A DNA stretch of 64,000 bases from assembly GCA_951406725.2 (NCBI GenBank), contig OX597828.1, positions 50,468,001 to 50,532,000 of the forward strand, in the 5' to 3' direction. The DNA is from Octopus vulgaris (lineage: Eukaryota). The notes beneath the pieces were generated by a model that did no database searches, was not told the DNA's origin, and saw only the letters and a list, made by a program, of their open reading frames with translations. A program made the position numbers and the translations under genes. Shown piece after piece: positions 41,950-55,664 of the stretch (position 1 is its first letter; the number at the start of each line of letters is the position of its first letter).

Positions 41950-42512
41950 ATAATTTCCAAATTTTGGCACAAGAACCGCAATTTCAGGGGACGGGGTAGG
42001 CCAATAACATCGACTCCAGTGCTCACTTCGTACTTATTTTATCGATCTCGAAAGGATGAAGGGCAAAGTCGGCCCCGGCGGAATTTGAACTCAAAATGTA
42101 AAGACGGAAGAAATACCTATTTCTTTACTACCCACAAGGGGCTACACGCAGAGGAGACAAACAAGGACAGACAGACGGATTAAGTCGATTATATCGACCT
42201 CAGTGCATAACTGGTACTTAGGCTATCGACCCCGAAAGGATGAAGGGCAAATTCGACCTCGGCGGAATTTGAACTCAGAACGTAACGGCAGATGAAATAC
42301 CTATTTCTTTACTACCCACAAGGGGCTAAACACAGGGAGGACGAACAAGGACAGACAAACGGATTAAGCCGATTAAAGCGGCCCCAGTGCGTAACTGGTA
42401 CTTATTTAATCGACCCCGAAAGGATGAAAGGCAAAGTCGACCTTAGCGGAATTTAAACTTAGAACGTAATGACGGACGAGATGCCGTTCACCATTTTGTC
42501 CGGTGTGCTAAA
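41950..42512 (-). mobile_element. SINE B trimer
   Basis: Three ~180-bp units joined at gaaatacc|tatttcttt on the plus strand. Confidence 0.88.
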
Positions 42513-42832
42513 ATATTTCTATAAATATTAAATGACTATTCAAATAAAGCTGGAGTTGTATTTAATGAAGAGATAGAGCTTATCTTAGATGTAATTCACT
42601 ATTCAATTCAGCACTTTATGTTTTAAACATTTTCTTGGAAACGTCTTGACCTAAGAAATTTTATTTCACTTAAAATATGTTATGTGAAGTTGCATGATGT
42701 GCTTTCATCTTTCTTTCTATTCAAAGATCAACTGTACTTAAATGATATGAATTGTTCACAAATGAATTAAGATATATAACCTTATCTAAGGTCGTTTATG
42801 TGAAGAAGCGATATAGTTAAAGTGCCGACTAA

Positions 42833-43160
42833 GGCGGCGAGCTGGCAGAAACGTTAGCACGCCGGGTGAAATGCGTAGCCATATTTCGTCTGCCGCTACG
42901 TTCTGAGTTCAAATTCCACCGAGGTCGACTTTGCCTTTCATCCTTTCGGGGTCGATTAAATAAGTACCAGTTACGCACTGGGGTCGATATAATTGACTCA
43001 ATACGTTTGTCTGTCCTTGTTTGTCCCCTCTGTGTTTAGCCCCTTGTGGGTAGTAAAGAAATAGGTATTTCACCCGTCGCTACGTTGTGAGTTCAAATTC
43101 TGCCGAGGTCGAGTTTGCCTTTATCCTTTCGGGGGTCGATAAAATAAGTACCAGTGAGGC
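42833..43160 (+). mobile_element. SINE B dimer
   Basis: Full head unit, then a second unit starting at ggtatttc. Confidence 0.88.
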
Positions 43161-43195
43161 AGCCCCACCAAAGCCCCACCAAAACCATAATAATA

Positions 43196-43764
43196 TTGGG
43201 TTGTCTGGAAAGTTCGTGCCGATTTTTAAAGGAAAGAAAAAGGTCAATAAATACTTGCCATTACATTTTTAATCAACCAAATATGAACCATTTTATTGCA
43301 CAATGTGTCTTCATCGTTTCCTTTAACGTGAAAATACCCTCAAAACTAGAATTGAGGTGGTTTCATGGCAAAGAATTCATCAAGGTATCTTTTTACGTCA
43401 TCCAAGGAATTGAAAGTTTTACCATTAAGACGATTCTGCAGAGACCTGAATAAGTGGAAATCTGAAGGAGCAATATCTGGGGAATATGGAGGGCGGGGTA
43501 ACACATCCCAGCCGAGCTGCGGCAATTTTTGTCTGGTTCCCAAAGCATCAAATGCCAAAAATGAACTTTCTTATTTTCCATTTTAAAGGGTTACAGAATT
43601 AACACAGGTTATAGGAATACAAAACTTCTTCCACGAAAAGGTAGCTTAAACTTTGCTCTAAATGGAGGTGTAGTCAAATCCTATTTTTATGGACTCAACC
43701 ATATTCTAAAATAAGTCGAAAGGTAGTCTTCTATAAATCGGTACGAACTTTCCGGACAACCCAA
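43196..43764 (-). mobile_element. internally deleted mariner element with transposase C-terminal fragment
   Basis: ~30-bp TIRs ttgggttgtctggaaagttcgtgccgattt / aaatcggtacgaactttccggacaacccaa; TA TSD; ORF 43346-43558 encodes GWDVLPRPPYSPDIAPSDFHLFRSLQN (mariner YSPDLAPSD motif). Confidence 0.93.
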
Positions 43765-44364
43765 TAATAATAATAAAAAAAATAATAATTAATTTGCCGT
43801 GTAGTGGAACTGAACCAGAAACCTCATAGTTTCGGAGTGTTGTCATTCAGGAATTTGTCCAAGAAATATATCACACACCATCAGCTGTACGCGCGGATTT
43901 AATCGCGCAGTAAATTATTACATTACCGCCTCGTCGCCGGAATCTAGCACCAATTTAGCTTTCTATTTACGGGGCAGATCTCTCCCTGTCTCTCTCACAC
44001 ACACACACACACACTCTCATCTCCCTTGTGTCTCTCTTACTCTTTCTTTCTCTCTCTCTCTCTTTCTTTCTCTCTCTCTCTCTCTTTCTTTCTCTCTTTT
44101 TATCAAATTGTCTTCTTGCATGAAAATAGAAACCATTTCAGTCAAGTCTTGAAGAGTCGAATTATTACTGTGTTATCAATAAGTTGATATTAAATTAAGA
44201 ATCCCCATCTTCCTATTTCTCTGTGCGAGGAGAAATAATTCCTCTTTCACCCCCACCCCCGCCACCTATGACCGACAGAATAAAGTCAAAATGAAATAAA
44301 ACAAAATTAACGTAAATTGTTTTATTGAATCCAAATGTAAAATCTCATATAAAAGCCACCAACG

Positions 44365-44574
44365 GTTTCTTTCTTTCATTCTTTATTTCTTCCCTTCTTT
44401 GTTTCTTCTTTTCTTTGTTTCTTCTTTTCTTTGTTTCTTCTTTTCTTTGTTTCTTTCATTCTTTTTCTTTTTTTATTTCTTTTTCTTTCTTTCATTCTTT
44501 CTTTTTTCTTTCTTTCATTCTTTATTTCTTCCCTTCTTTGTTTCTTCTTTTCTTTGTTTCTTTCATTCTTCCAT

Positions 44575-44670
<96 letters not shown>

Positions 44671-44915
44671 TTTCCTTTCTTTCTCCCTTTCCTTCATTCA
44701 TTCATTCATTCATTAATTCGTTCTTTCTTTCTTTTTTCTTTCGTTTTCTTTCTTTCATTCTTTATTTTTTCCTTTCTTTGTTTCTTTCATTCTTTCTTTT
44801 TCTTTCATTCATTCATTCATTCTTTCTTTCTTTCTTTATTTCTTTCTTTCTTTCTTTCTTCCTTCATTTCTTCCTTTCGTTCTTGTTTTCTTTCTTGTTT
44901 TCTTTCTTTCTTTTC
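44365..44915. repeat. (TTTC)n-rich polypyrimidine tract
   Basis: Direct repeats. Confidence 0.95.
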
Positions 44916-45007
44916 TCCTCCGCCTCCTGCAGCTGCTACTAAAGCTATGTTGCCATTCTTCTATCTGTTGTGGTTACTGTCACTGCTATTGTTATTTCCA
45001 TTGTTGC

Positions 45008-45038
<31 letters not shown>

Positions 45039-45299
45039 GAAGCACCATCTGTTTTCTGGCAAAATATCAAAAGCGAAATATTAATTAGAGAATATTATTA
45101 AAAATGGAATTATCAAGAAAGTCGTAAAGATTCCCAGTTTCAAATGACAAATAAAATATATGAAATAATACAACTTATTAAATTAAAAAATATAAATTCA
45201 GAAGACATTTATAGCTGGACTGTGATGTTGAACGTGCTAGATATATATGTAAGGGTACACGAACAGAATTTCGCAGTATTACACGCAGTATATAAGGCC

Positions 45300-45455
45300 T
45301 GGCACTCCGTCGGTTGGGACGACTAGTGTTCCAGTTGAGGCAATCAACGGATCAAGCTGCTCGTGAAATTAACGTGCAAGTGGCTGAGCACTCCACAGAC
45401 ACGTGTACCCTTAGCGTAACTCTCAAAGAGATTCAGCGTGACACACCGAATGTAA
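45300..45455 (-). mobile_element. SINE C 3' fragment
   Basis: Matches the tail of the 18280 and 60758 copies. Confidence 0.8.
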
Positions 45456-47454
45456 CACAGTTTGGGTATACACACACATACACACACTCACGCAGACACA
45501 CACATATACGTATAATGTACATTTAAACATACATGCAAATATATCTCCACCTCTATACTCAATGTTTTGTGAAAAATATGGCGCGTGCCTCCTAACAGAT
45601 CGATTCAAAATTCGATGAGTAAACATCAGAGAAAACGCACCCCTAGCCTTTAATGTCCTTCAATATTGTTCTTTATTTTCCAAAGAGTTACTGGTGAAGC
45701 AAAATATATTTTGTTGGACTAACGATTATGGACAAACTTCTTATTTATAGATTTATCTTCGAGTTATTTATCTTAGTTGTTGGCCATAGTTTATTTGAAC
45801 TTGTCCCCACCTGAAATTTATATAAACATATACGGGTTGGGTGAACTAGTGGTAACAACTTATTAAATGAAAGTTTTATTATCTAACACGGAGTTGCTCC
45901 AACTTTGGCATCAACGACAGCTTACTACGTCGGGGAATTGGCTCGTATGGGTTCTGTTCGGTTGTTAGGGGAATTTTGAGTGTTATTTATAGGAAATGTA
46001 GCTGTTGCTGCCAGCAGGGTGATCAACCAGAAAGGATTCATTTCATAGTTCCTTGCATTGATTTTGAAGAACATGGTACACTTTATTTGTATTCAATAGA
46101 TTATAAATGGAAAAATGGGACCCTCTTCTTGACTCAAATTTATTCTAAGAGGTTTCCCATCTTTTAAAATTAATGAATTTCGACAATTAAGTTCTATAGA
46201 GAGCAGGGTTTCAAATTGTTAAACTAAAAAATATAAACTAAATAAAAGATACCCTCTTTACAAAATGGACACACATTTCCACATGCGTACATACACGGAA
46301 ACCCTTCAGTTTTGAATTATTAATTTATATTTCATGCCTGCATTAATTTTCAGCTCTTTAGTTGAATGCCGATTATCCTCATTGGCTGTTTTCTTTTCTA
46401 GACTTGATTGCAGATGTATTTTAAAAACCGAGTCAAGCATTTATGTTTTGTTTGAATATAACAAAGCATCTGTCTTAAAAAATTAACCCGAAAACATTTA
46501 AGTGTATCTCTCAAAATGGAAGCTCTTAATTATTTTAAGTAACTTCACAATGAAACGTTTTGGTTATTGTCCCATCATAATCCATTGAAAAGCTAACAAA
46601 ACGACGCTAAAGTTAAATGAGAGCAGAATTTTTAATGCATTATATAACTAAGTTTGAATTGTTTTTGACTATGTATTTTTTTATATCGTTTCTGCTTTTC
46701 AGCCCAATCGGAAATGATAAATGAATATTATTCCCTATAGAAGCTAAATTTCCCACAGGAAAGGGGGTAATATTGGGTTAAATCGATATAATCAACAATG
46801 CAGTTTTCTTGACAAATTAGTTTTAATCCTTCTTAAAAGAAATCCTCGCATTCAACACATGGAAACACACAAACACAATAACACAGATATTCATACATAG
46901 ATGTATGTATTGCAAATAAGTGTTTAAAACAAATACCCAAAGGCTTCGTGCACTTTTGTTTTGTGTGGTCGACTCTTCTCGTCAACTATTTGAAAGAATA
47001 ACCTTGAACGACAGGAAGGTTTAAACCATGCCAGTTTTCTTCAGCTGGTAACGGGAACTATTAAGTCAAGTACCTTTTCTCATCAGAATGGACGGTTTAA
47101 TGTTTACGGGAAGTAATTCAAACAAAGATTTCGAATTTTTCTCAAGGAGATGTCTCATCATATCTCAGCCATTTTCTTCATCTATTGATGTTAAACGTGT
47201 GCTAATATCAAGGAGGAAAAATAAGTGGCTGGATATGATTGATACGCTCAAAGAGAAATACGCATGCAGATACATAGGACTCACAAACTACAAATAAACA
47301 AGAAACAGTTCGAAAGGTTTCGGTAAGGGCTGCCGTTATTGGATAGCTTTCTGTTAGGGTTGTTTTTATTGTAAAGCGTCGACTTAGAAGATTTTGCAAT
47401 TCTTAAAAGCAAATATTCTTTATTCAATGTTTGTAAAAAGTTAGGTCGTTGAAA

Positions 47455-47598
47455 TTTAATGTTTCTGATTGAATGTACTAATGTTTGAGTGATTGAAAAT
47501 TGAATATATTAATGTTTGAGTGGTTGATGGTTGAATGTACTAATGTTTAAGTGGTTGATGGTTGAATGTACTAATTTTCGAGTGACTGATGATTGAAG
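47455..47598. repeat. 31-bp minisatellite
   Basis: About 4.5 units of ttgaatgtactaatgtttgagtggttgatgg. Confidence 0.85.
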
Positions 47599-47755
47599 GA
47601 ATTTTTATAAAACATGTGACCTTGTCTATAAACACCTTAGAGATGGCCACAATATCACCAACAAGAAGACTGAAATCAACAGCTGCCAAACAGCAGCAAC
47701 AACAATTACTGCAGCATCAATAGCAACGACAGCAGCAGCAGCAGCAGCAGCAGCA

Positions 47756-48097
47756 GGAGGCGCAATGGCCCAATGGTTAGGGCAGCGGACTCGCGGTTTC
47801 GATTCCCAGACCGGGCGTTTTGTGTGTTTATTGAGCGAAAACACCTAAAGCTCCACGAGGCTCCGGCAGGGGGTGGTGGCGACCCCTGTTATACTCTTTC
47901 GCTACAACTTTCTCTTACTCTTTCTTCCTGTTTCTTGTCTCCGACTTCCTATGCAACCGCTGAGCCTGGATGCGCATTCATCCATCCGTCGATGCTCTCG
48001 GTGTCGGGGGTTGACCTGCTTTCTCTTCTGTGGGTCTTAGGAATAGCAAAGGACCACGTTTCAGACTTCTCCTAAGAGGACGAAGACCGCTTCGCTC
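47756..48097 (+). mobile_element. SINE family C head with a distinct tail, within a (CAG/CAA) tract
   Basis: Family C head to ttcttcctgtttct, then a unique tail. Confidence 0.78.
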
Positions 48098-48599
48098 AAC
48101 AGCAGCAGCAGTAGCATAAGCAGCAGCAGCACCAGCACCACCACCAACAACAACAACATCCGCATCAGCAACCACCAACACAACAACTACTTCAACATAA
48201 CACCGAAAACCTTCCCCGAGACTGCCTTCCGTCTTCGGATTACTCAGATATGTCCTGTAATCTAGATGATGAAAAGTCCTAAAGGGCAAACAGTCACCAA
48301 AGCCAAAGCCAAAGAAAGAGGAACAAAATTACACCATCACAAAAACTGACAGTTACGAACAAACAGCGGAGATGCTTTTCAGCAACAATGCTCAAACGCC
48401 AACCCCAACTACAATGGCAAAGATAGTATCAACATCATCCCTGTCACCACCACCACCACCACCACCACCACCACCAAAATTAGACACATCATAACTACAA
48501 GCAAAACCTAATTCTCATGTACAATAGTTTGGTCGCAAATCCCAGCACTATCAAAATTCAACATCATCGACTACATTGCCATAAACACGATGAATAGGC

Positions 48600-49505
48600 G
48601 TAGGGTACTCGAGATCGAGCAGGTGTGTGCGGGCGGCATTTCAAGAGCACTTCATCAAGTTGCTTGACAGTCCGAAACGCAGGATGAACTTAGGATGTTA
48701 ACCACGACAGCATGCCACGATCTCGGCAGAAGGGGCAGAAGGGGCAGAGCTTTGCGAAATGCCAATAACAGCCGCAGAAGTACGGGATAGGATGATGTGC
48801 TGCACAGGATGGGGGTGGGGATAAATCATCTGGCTTGGATGGTCTGCCCTATGAGCTTTACTTTTCAATGACAGATTTGTTTGGCAGCCTCTTAGTAGAT
48901 ATCTACCGTAACTGATAATAGAACGGAACAATTCCCAAATTTTAGGGCATAACTCTACCTAACGAAAACAAAATGTTGGCCAAGGTGTTTCCAAAGAATT
49001 GGGAAACTTGTCAGGGACCTGATTGGTGATGCACAAACAGGAGCCATCCGACGTAGATCCATCCACGACAACTTCCATCTCATGCGATACATAATATAAT
49101 TTGTAGGTAAAGAAGCTGGCATGGGTGGGACACTGATCAACCTAAAGCCTTTGATAGGGTCAACCACCGATACATGGCTGCCGTTCTCTCACCGGCCTGT
49201 TTCAGTTCAATTTTTCGCGTCTGGATCGTCACAATGTATAGAGACATCTGCTTAATAGGTTGGTTGAATGGTTGCCTAAGGAAATTTTTAGCATCATGGA
49301 CTCGGTCCGTCAAGTGTGTCTCCTCCGGTCTCTTCTGTATGCAATGGCCCTAGAGCTCCTACTGCTGAAACTGGAGGGTTTGAGAGGTATCCCGCTCGAA
49401 CTACGTCGCTGGAGAATCGTGTCAACATACACGGACGAAATCCATCATTGTGTAAAACACCAGGCATACCGACCTGGTCGACACTGCTTTAACTGCCTTG
49501 TGGCA
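48600..49505 (+). pseudogene. Tx1/L1-clade reverse transcriptase remnant
   Basis: KSSGLDGLPYELY; QTGAIRRRSIHDNFHLMRYI; KAFDRVNH; SVRQVCLLRSLLYAMALELLL; YTDE (degenerate YADD); many frameshifts. Confidence 0.85.
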
Positions 49506-49587
49506 ACCATTTGAAATAATAATAATGATGATGATCATGATGATAATAATAATAATGATAATAATAATAATAATTATTATTATTATT

Positions 49588-49800
49588 TAGGCGGTGAGCT
49601 GGCAGAATTGTTAGCATGCCGGACCAAATGCTTAGCGATATTTCATCCGTTTTTACGTTTAGAGTTCGGTAGCCGTTTAGGTCGACTTTGTTTTTCATCC
49701 TTTCCAGGTTGATAGAATAGCTGCCGGAGTAGTGGGGTCGCTATCATCGACTTACCTCTTCTCCGAAATTGCTGGCCCTGTACCAAAATTTAAAATCATT
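49588..49800 (+). mobile_element. SINE family B, old-type copy
   Basis: ggcggtgagctggcagaattgttagc head. Confidence 0.78.
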
Positions 49801-50271
49801 ATCATCATTATATTAACATTGCCACTATCTTTATAATTATTTGTACGTTTTTGAGCGGCGGTGCCTTGAAGAGGTGCGCTGTGTGTCTTGTGTCGTGGGG
49901 GGATTCGATTCGAAAAAGGGAGTGATGTACCTTGCTCTGTTTTCATTATGTGGGATGGCATAGGTGTGGTGAGTTGAAATGGTAGGTAAACTATTGAAAG
50001 TATTGTCGCAGTGGTAGAAGATAGAAAGGACTCAATACAGCAGTGAGTTACACGCTAAGTTAGAGTATGGTTGTGTAAGATATGTCGCCCGAATCTTCAT
50101 GGCATGACAAATTAATTAATACATTTCAGAGGTTTCCTGAGTAGCTATCGATAACACTTAGGTAACCAGTCATTCGGTGATATGACGGCATTATTACAAC
50201 CAGGGAAGGTAGGGAGAGAACATGTGAGGAGAGAGGAAGAGCGAAAGACGAGGAGAGAGAAAGACAGAAGG

Positions 50272-50405
50272 AGAGAGAGAAAGGGAGAAAGTGAGAGAAA
50301 AGGAGTAAGTGGGAGAAAGTGCGAAAGTGAGAGAAAGGGAGAAAGTTGGAGAATGGGAGAAAGTGGGAGAAAGGGAGAAAGTGAGAAAAAGGGAGAAAGT
50401 GAGTG
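50272..50405. repeat. 18-bp purine-rich minisatellite
   Basis: Tandem gagaaagggagaaagtga. Confidence 0.8.
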
Positions 50406-50906
50406 TCAGAGGGAGTGAAGAGGGGGAAGAGAGAGAAGAGGGAGAATAAAAAAAGACAATATAGAAATGATAAGACGATATCTACATATAGAATAAAGAA
50501 AGAAAATTCTTTAGAAATTTGCAGAATACCATTCTGACAGTCACAAGATATTTCAAACTTATTTAAAACACACACACACACAAAAAAATCAAGAAACAAA
50601 TACTTTAAGAATTAGATGTAAACCAAAGCAACATGAACATTTTTCTATATTTATTTCCTTTACATATAGATGAAATGAATAAGAACGGTTTAGATGAGTT
50701 GCATTTTTAGTATCAATATTGGCATTTCCTGCTGTAATGTTTTTTAAGTGTTCCATTCATCTTGTAACAAATAATGACACAATCGGAGATTCTTTTTCTT
50801 TACAACATTTCGTTTAGTATGTATATTTGTTAAATAATGAAGTGGGATCTTGCGGCTATGGTCAGTATAGATAGCTCTCAGGCCAGTGACGACTATGTAT
50901 TCATAG

Positions 50907-51470
50907 CAGGGATCGGCGAACAGGGGTAAATTATCTCAATTGGGGTAAAAATGAAACACTTGGGGGTAATGAGGACACTTTAGACATAAGTAAAATTATA
51001 TAAAAGAACGTGTTCTTTGTTACGACAGAAATCTTTTCCTTCAGGCATGAGGAGGCAATCAAAAAGTTGCTGCCTTTTGCAACAACCTACCATTGTGACC
51101 AAGGATTTTCCACTCTAATGAACATAAAAACAAAGCAGAGTAACCGATTGGAACGTGAAGACTGGATCTAAATTGGTCTGGCATCAAAATGCCCCAATTT
51201 TGATGTATTGTAACACAAAGGAAACAACATCATATCCCCAAAACCTGAAGTGAAAACGTTTATAGAAAAATCCTTTTGTTTCATAATGAGGATAATTTTT
51301 ATGTTTATAATAGTATCCTCCATATAAAAGTAGGTTCAACAAACCTTTTGAATTCAAAGAATCTATGATTTTCTTCCTTCCCAAAAAAAAAAAAAAAAAA
51401 AAAAGGGCGTAACGTTGGCGTAAATAAATATATTTCAGGGTAATTGGTTATAAAAGTTCAACAATTCCTG
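50907..51470 (+). mobile_element. internally deleted hAT (Charlie/Buster-like) element
   Basis: HEEAIKKLLPFATTYHCDQGFSTLMNIKTKQSNRLE (hAT dimerisation region); imperfect TIRs cagggatcggcgaac / gttcaacaattcctg; degenerate 8-bp TSD attcatag / atccatga. Confidence 0.8.
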
Positions 51471-51656
51471 ATCCATGATGTACGTTTCTAGAATGATGTA
51501 TATCGGTAACCATGAACCTGGAAGAAGTTCTGACCCACACACAAGAAAAAAAACAACAAAATACCGGAATTGGAGGAACTATTTTCTTTTACTCTTTCAC
51601 TTGTTTCAGACATTTGACTGCGGCCATGTTGGTGGGCAGGTGATGCACGATAAGAA

Positions 51657-51688
51657 TGCCTCGAAGACGAATGACAGAAACGTCGGCA
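51657..51688 (+). ncRNA. degenerate minimal hammerhead motif
   Basis: tgcc-TCGAAGA-cgaatgaca-GAAA-cg-TC-ggca, about 40 nt upstream of (TA)n; core and stem II mutated. Confidence 0.4.
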
Positions 51689-51741
51689 GACTATAGGCTG
51701 ATAGGGAAGAAAAACAATTAGAATATATATGATATATATTA

Positions 51742-51824
<83 letters not shown>

Positions 51825-51871
51825 ATATATGTATGTACATACATATATAAATTAATATTTATGTATATGTA

Positions 51872-52105
51872 TGTTGCTCCATTTCACTCAACTGTAGAAA
51901 TTAGTTGCGACGTCACTGATGCCAAGCTGTATCGGCCCCTTTGCCTTTCCCTTGGATGACATCGGTGGCGTGGAGAGGTGGGGGCTGGTATGCATGGGCG
52001 ACTGCTGATCTTCCATAAACAACCTTGCCCCGACTTGTGCCTCGGGGGTGGGGTGTAACTTTCTGGGGGCAATCCCATGGTCATTCGTGACGAAGGGGGT
52101 CTCCG
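51872..52105 (+). mobile_element. SINE-like 3' fragment of a fourth family
   Basis: GC-rich segment between TA tracts; resemblance to Nin/Deu-domain SINE tails is from memory only. Confidence 0.4.
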
Positions 52106-52401
52106 ATGTGTATTATATAAATATGTATATATATTTATGATATATTTATTCATTATAATATACAATTACATATATCTATATTAGAAGAGTATCAGAAAGT
52201 TTAAGAAAGTTGATATCTTTCTTTGATGTTTCACAGAATGTAGGTTTAGCTTTCAAAGATTTTGGTTTATAAGACTTCTCGATTATCTATTCTCGCTCCC
52301 TTCTTTTGATTCTATCTGCGACAATTAAAAAATATTTGATCATTTATGAGGATTTCAAGTTTTGCATAGACTTAGTCAAAGTACAGAGCTTGGTATCATT
52401 A

Positions 52402-52848
52402 TGGCGAGCTGGCAGAAACGTTAGTACGCCGGGCGAAATGCTAAGCGGAAATTCGTCTGCCGTTACGTTCTGAGTTCAAATTCCGCCGAAGTCGACTTTG
52501 CCTTTCATCCTTTCGGGGTCAATTAAATAAGTATCAGTTACGCACTGGGGTCGATATAATCGACTTAATCCCTTTGTCTGTCCTTGTTTGTTTTCTCTGT
52601 GTTTGTCTGTCCTTGTTTGCTCTCTCTGTGTTTAGCCCCTTCTGGGTAGTAAAGAAATAGGTATTTCATCTGCCGTTACGTTCTGAGTTCAAATTCCGCC
52701 GAGGTCGACTTTGCCTTTCATCCTTCCGGGGTCGATTAATTAAGTACCAGTTACTCTCTGTGGTCGATATAATCGACTGAATCCGTTTCTCTGTCTTTGT
52801 TTGTCCTCTCTGTGTTTAGCCCCTTGTGGGCAATAAAGAAATAGGTAT
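52402..52848 (+). mobile_element. SINE B dimer (two young units)
   Basis: Units joined at aaagaaata|ggtatttc; the array also ends in aaagaaataggtat. Confidence 0.9.
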
Positions 52849-53525
52849 CTTTATTGATTAATTTATTGGAACATAACCTTCGATTTACAAGTTACTAATG
52901 GTATCAGAGTTCACATTCTGCTTGAGCAAAATTTCTATTTCTTCCTACTGAAATTGCTAAAACATACACCAGTAATGGAGGGCGAATCATTCATTTGCAT
53001 ACCTTTCCGGTTAGCTTTAGCCACGTCATTTTTTTTCCGAGAAATTATTACATATCTAACACAGTAATTGGATCCAGTTCTTTGATAACAATAATTTCTA
53101 GCATGGCTACCAAGTCAGAAATGTTTTGGAGAATGTTTAATCGATTAAATAAAACTTTGTAATTGTTCGATTCTTCTTTCATTGAGCTGAAAATATGAAA
53201 TGCAATGTCCCCACTCAACAAGAAATGCTCGACTGATCGCTCTATAAATTTTTAGTATAATACCTTCAGGATATAAAATGTACTCCCCCGCCCCATAAAA
53301 ATCAATTATTCTCCACAATATGCACCCCCGCCTCCAATAAGTGTGAGATACATTGTTCAGAACAGTTACTGAGAATATTTCCATTTTCTAACTGAATTCG
53401 ATTTTTGTAATGATCAATATTATTTTCGACTGGAAAACGTAGCTTTTAATTCAATATTATTTGATTCATTGAGTTATTTCTTGTAAACATTGTACATTGC
53501 GTTAGACACACACACACACACAGAC

Positions 53526-53571
<46 letters not shown>

Positions 53572-53575
53572 CAGC

Positions 53576-53633
<58 letters not shown>

Positions 53634-53663
53634 TATATACATATAAATATATACATTTAAAAT

Positions 53664-53975
53664 TTTTTATTCATGCGCCCTTTTCAAGCCTATCCAGGCT
53701 CATGGGCCCGATTTTCCGGTTTCTATGGCGTATGTGTTCCTCCCAACTGGACGGGACGCTAGTCCATCGCAGCGTTACCCAAGAAACAGGAAGAAAGAGT
53801 GAGAGAAAGTTGGGGCGAAAGAGTACAACAGGGGTCGCCACCACCTGCTGCCGGGTCAACGTTGAGCTTTTAGGTGTTTTCACAGTAAACACACACAACG
53901 CCCGGTCTGGGAATCGAAAGCGCGAACGTCCGACCGCGAGTCCGCTGTCCTAATCACTGGGCCATTGTGCCTCCA
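53664..53975 (-). mobile_element. SINE family C head with a distinct tail (gctgcgatggactagcgtcccgtccag)
   Basis: Family C head; different tail ending in an A-rich stretch. Confidence 0.8.
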
Positions 53976-53984
53976 TATATATGC

Positions 53985-54235
53985 TCCTTATTCTCAAGAT
54001 CTAAACAACTCTCGTGGGTAAACGATTTCGTGAGTTTGACCGCAGATCGCTTACAAACGACATCTGATCTTACAACGCGGTTTACGAACGCTTCAGGGTG
54101 CAGGTAAGTACATTAAATACCAAGATCCAACGTGCACCAGGCCAGAACAGTCCGCCCAAGAACATTAGCATCAATGGCCAAACCCCTAGAAGGAGTTGAA
54201 CACTTCTCATACCTTGGGAGTATCCTTCCGAAGAC
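53985..54235 (+). pseudogene. RTE-clade RT fragment
   Basis: QRAPGQNSPPKNISINGQ / PLEGVEHFSYLGSIL. Confidence 0.65.
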
Positions 54236-54284
54236 CCCCACTCTCTGTCTCTCCTTTTCCACACAAGGAATGCTACAAATTATT

Positions 54285-54486
54285 TTCCTTTATTTGTCTC
54301 AATCAGTAGACTGCGGCCATGCTGCAGCAACGCCTTGAAGAACTTTTTTTTCGAATGAATCGACTTTTATTTTGAAGCCTGGTCCTTATTCTATCCGTCT
54401 CTTTTCTCAAACCACGAAGTTACAGGGACGTAAATATACCAACACCAGTTGTGAAGCGGTGTTAAAGGGGTAGACACAAACACGCA

Positions 54487-54559
<73 letters not shown>

Positions 54560-54576
54560 ACACACATACACACATA

Positions 54577-54620
<44 letters not shown>

Positions 54621-54782
54621 TGCTGCGGGGTTCCTTCAGTTTCCGTCTATCGAATCTACTCGCAAGTCTTTGGTCGGCCCAAGACTATACTAGAAGACAC
54701 TTGTCCAAAGTGCCACGCAGTGGGCCTGAACCCGGAACAATGTGGTTGGGAAGCAAGCTTCTTACCACACACTTACATCTGC
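54285..54782 (-). mobile_element. SINE family A with an expanded (CA)n
   Basis: Reverse complement of family A. Confidence 0.82.
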
Positions 54783-54793
54783 AACTGAAATAA

Positions 54794-55645
54794 CTAGGCA
54801 TTGATGAAAACATATCCTACGAAGCGCTTTGAATAAAAATAGAGTGACCCGAGTAAATGATACGAAACTGAGGAAAACTTGGCAGTCGGAGCGGATTTCT
54901 CCTTTAACGATAACACAATGTCCCACAATGTATTTTCAGTACCAGTATTGCTACCAGCATTTGGGATACTTGACTGGTTTGTAGAGGAAATCCAATGAGT
55001 AGACATTAAAACTCTCAAGATCCTGACACGAAGTGGAAACTTTCACAGACACAGGGAATCGACAGACTCTGCCTAAGAAGAGATGAAGGAAGTAAAATTT
55101 TGAAATCAGCGCAAATAGCTTCTGAATGTTGCATAATCTATCTAAGACAGCACCTGTTAAATAACAGCAACAAAAAGAGGCACTTAGTGTTGAAATCCGA
55201 AGAGAACAATATCCTGCGTGTCGGCGGTGAGCTCCCCAGGAAGCACTCGTTTCCTGATGATCTCCCATACAACTTCAAAACAGCTGGTCCAACATACCTC
55301 AATGAAGAACTGGATGTGAACCGCTCAGCTTACACAAAAACATAAAAAAGAAAAAGACTATCAAATGAGTGTTAACCGAAGACTTGAAGAAAGCAGTAAT
55401 ATTCGTTTCTACTCTAGGTACAAGGCCTGAAATTTTTGGGGGAGGGGACCAGTCGATTAGATCGACCCCAGTACGCAACTGTACTTAATTCATCGACTCC
55501 AAAAGGATGACAGGCAAAGTTGACCTCGGCGGAATTCAAGAAAGCAGTAATATTGACATGAAACGCAGCCTCTCTTGGACTCGTGAGCGCTACATCACAT
55601 CACACTTCGAAAGTTATGCATTTGTAGTTCAAGAACAGGTGTTTG
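54794..55645 (+). pseudogene. R4/Dong-clade LINE RT-region remnant
   Basis: LGIDENISY; HNVFSVPVLLPAFGILDW; VDIKTLKILTRSGNFH; IDRLCLRRDEG; SLSWTRERYITSHFESYAFVVQEQ. Confidence 0.8.
55404..55537 (-). mobile_element. 5'-truncated SINE B nested in the R4/Dong remnant
   Basis: 17-bp TSD aagaaagcagtaatatt at 55387-55403 and 55538-55554. Confidence 0.88.
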
Positions 55646-55664
55646 CTACAAAATTCCTAATAGG

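Noticed and set aside
41950-42512. Regularly spaced repeats (also 47455-47598) considered as a CRISPR-like array
   Set aside because: Tandem units without unique spacers, eukaryotic context and no cas genes
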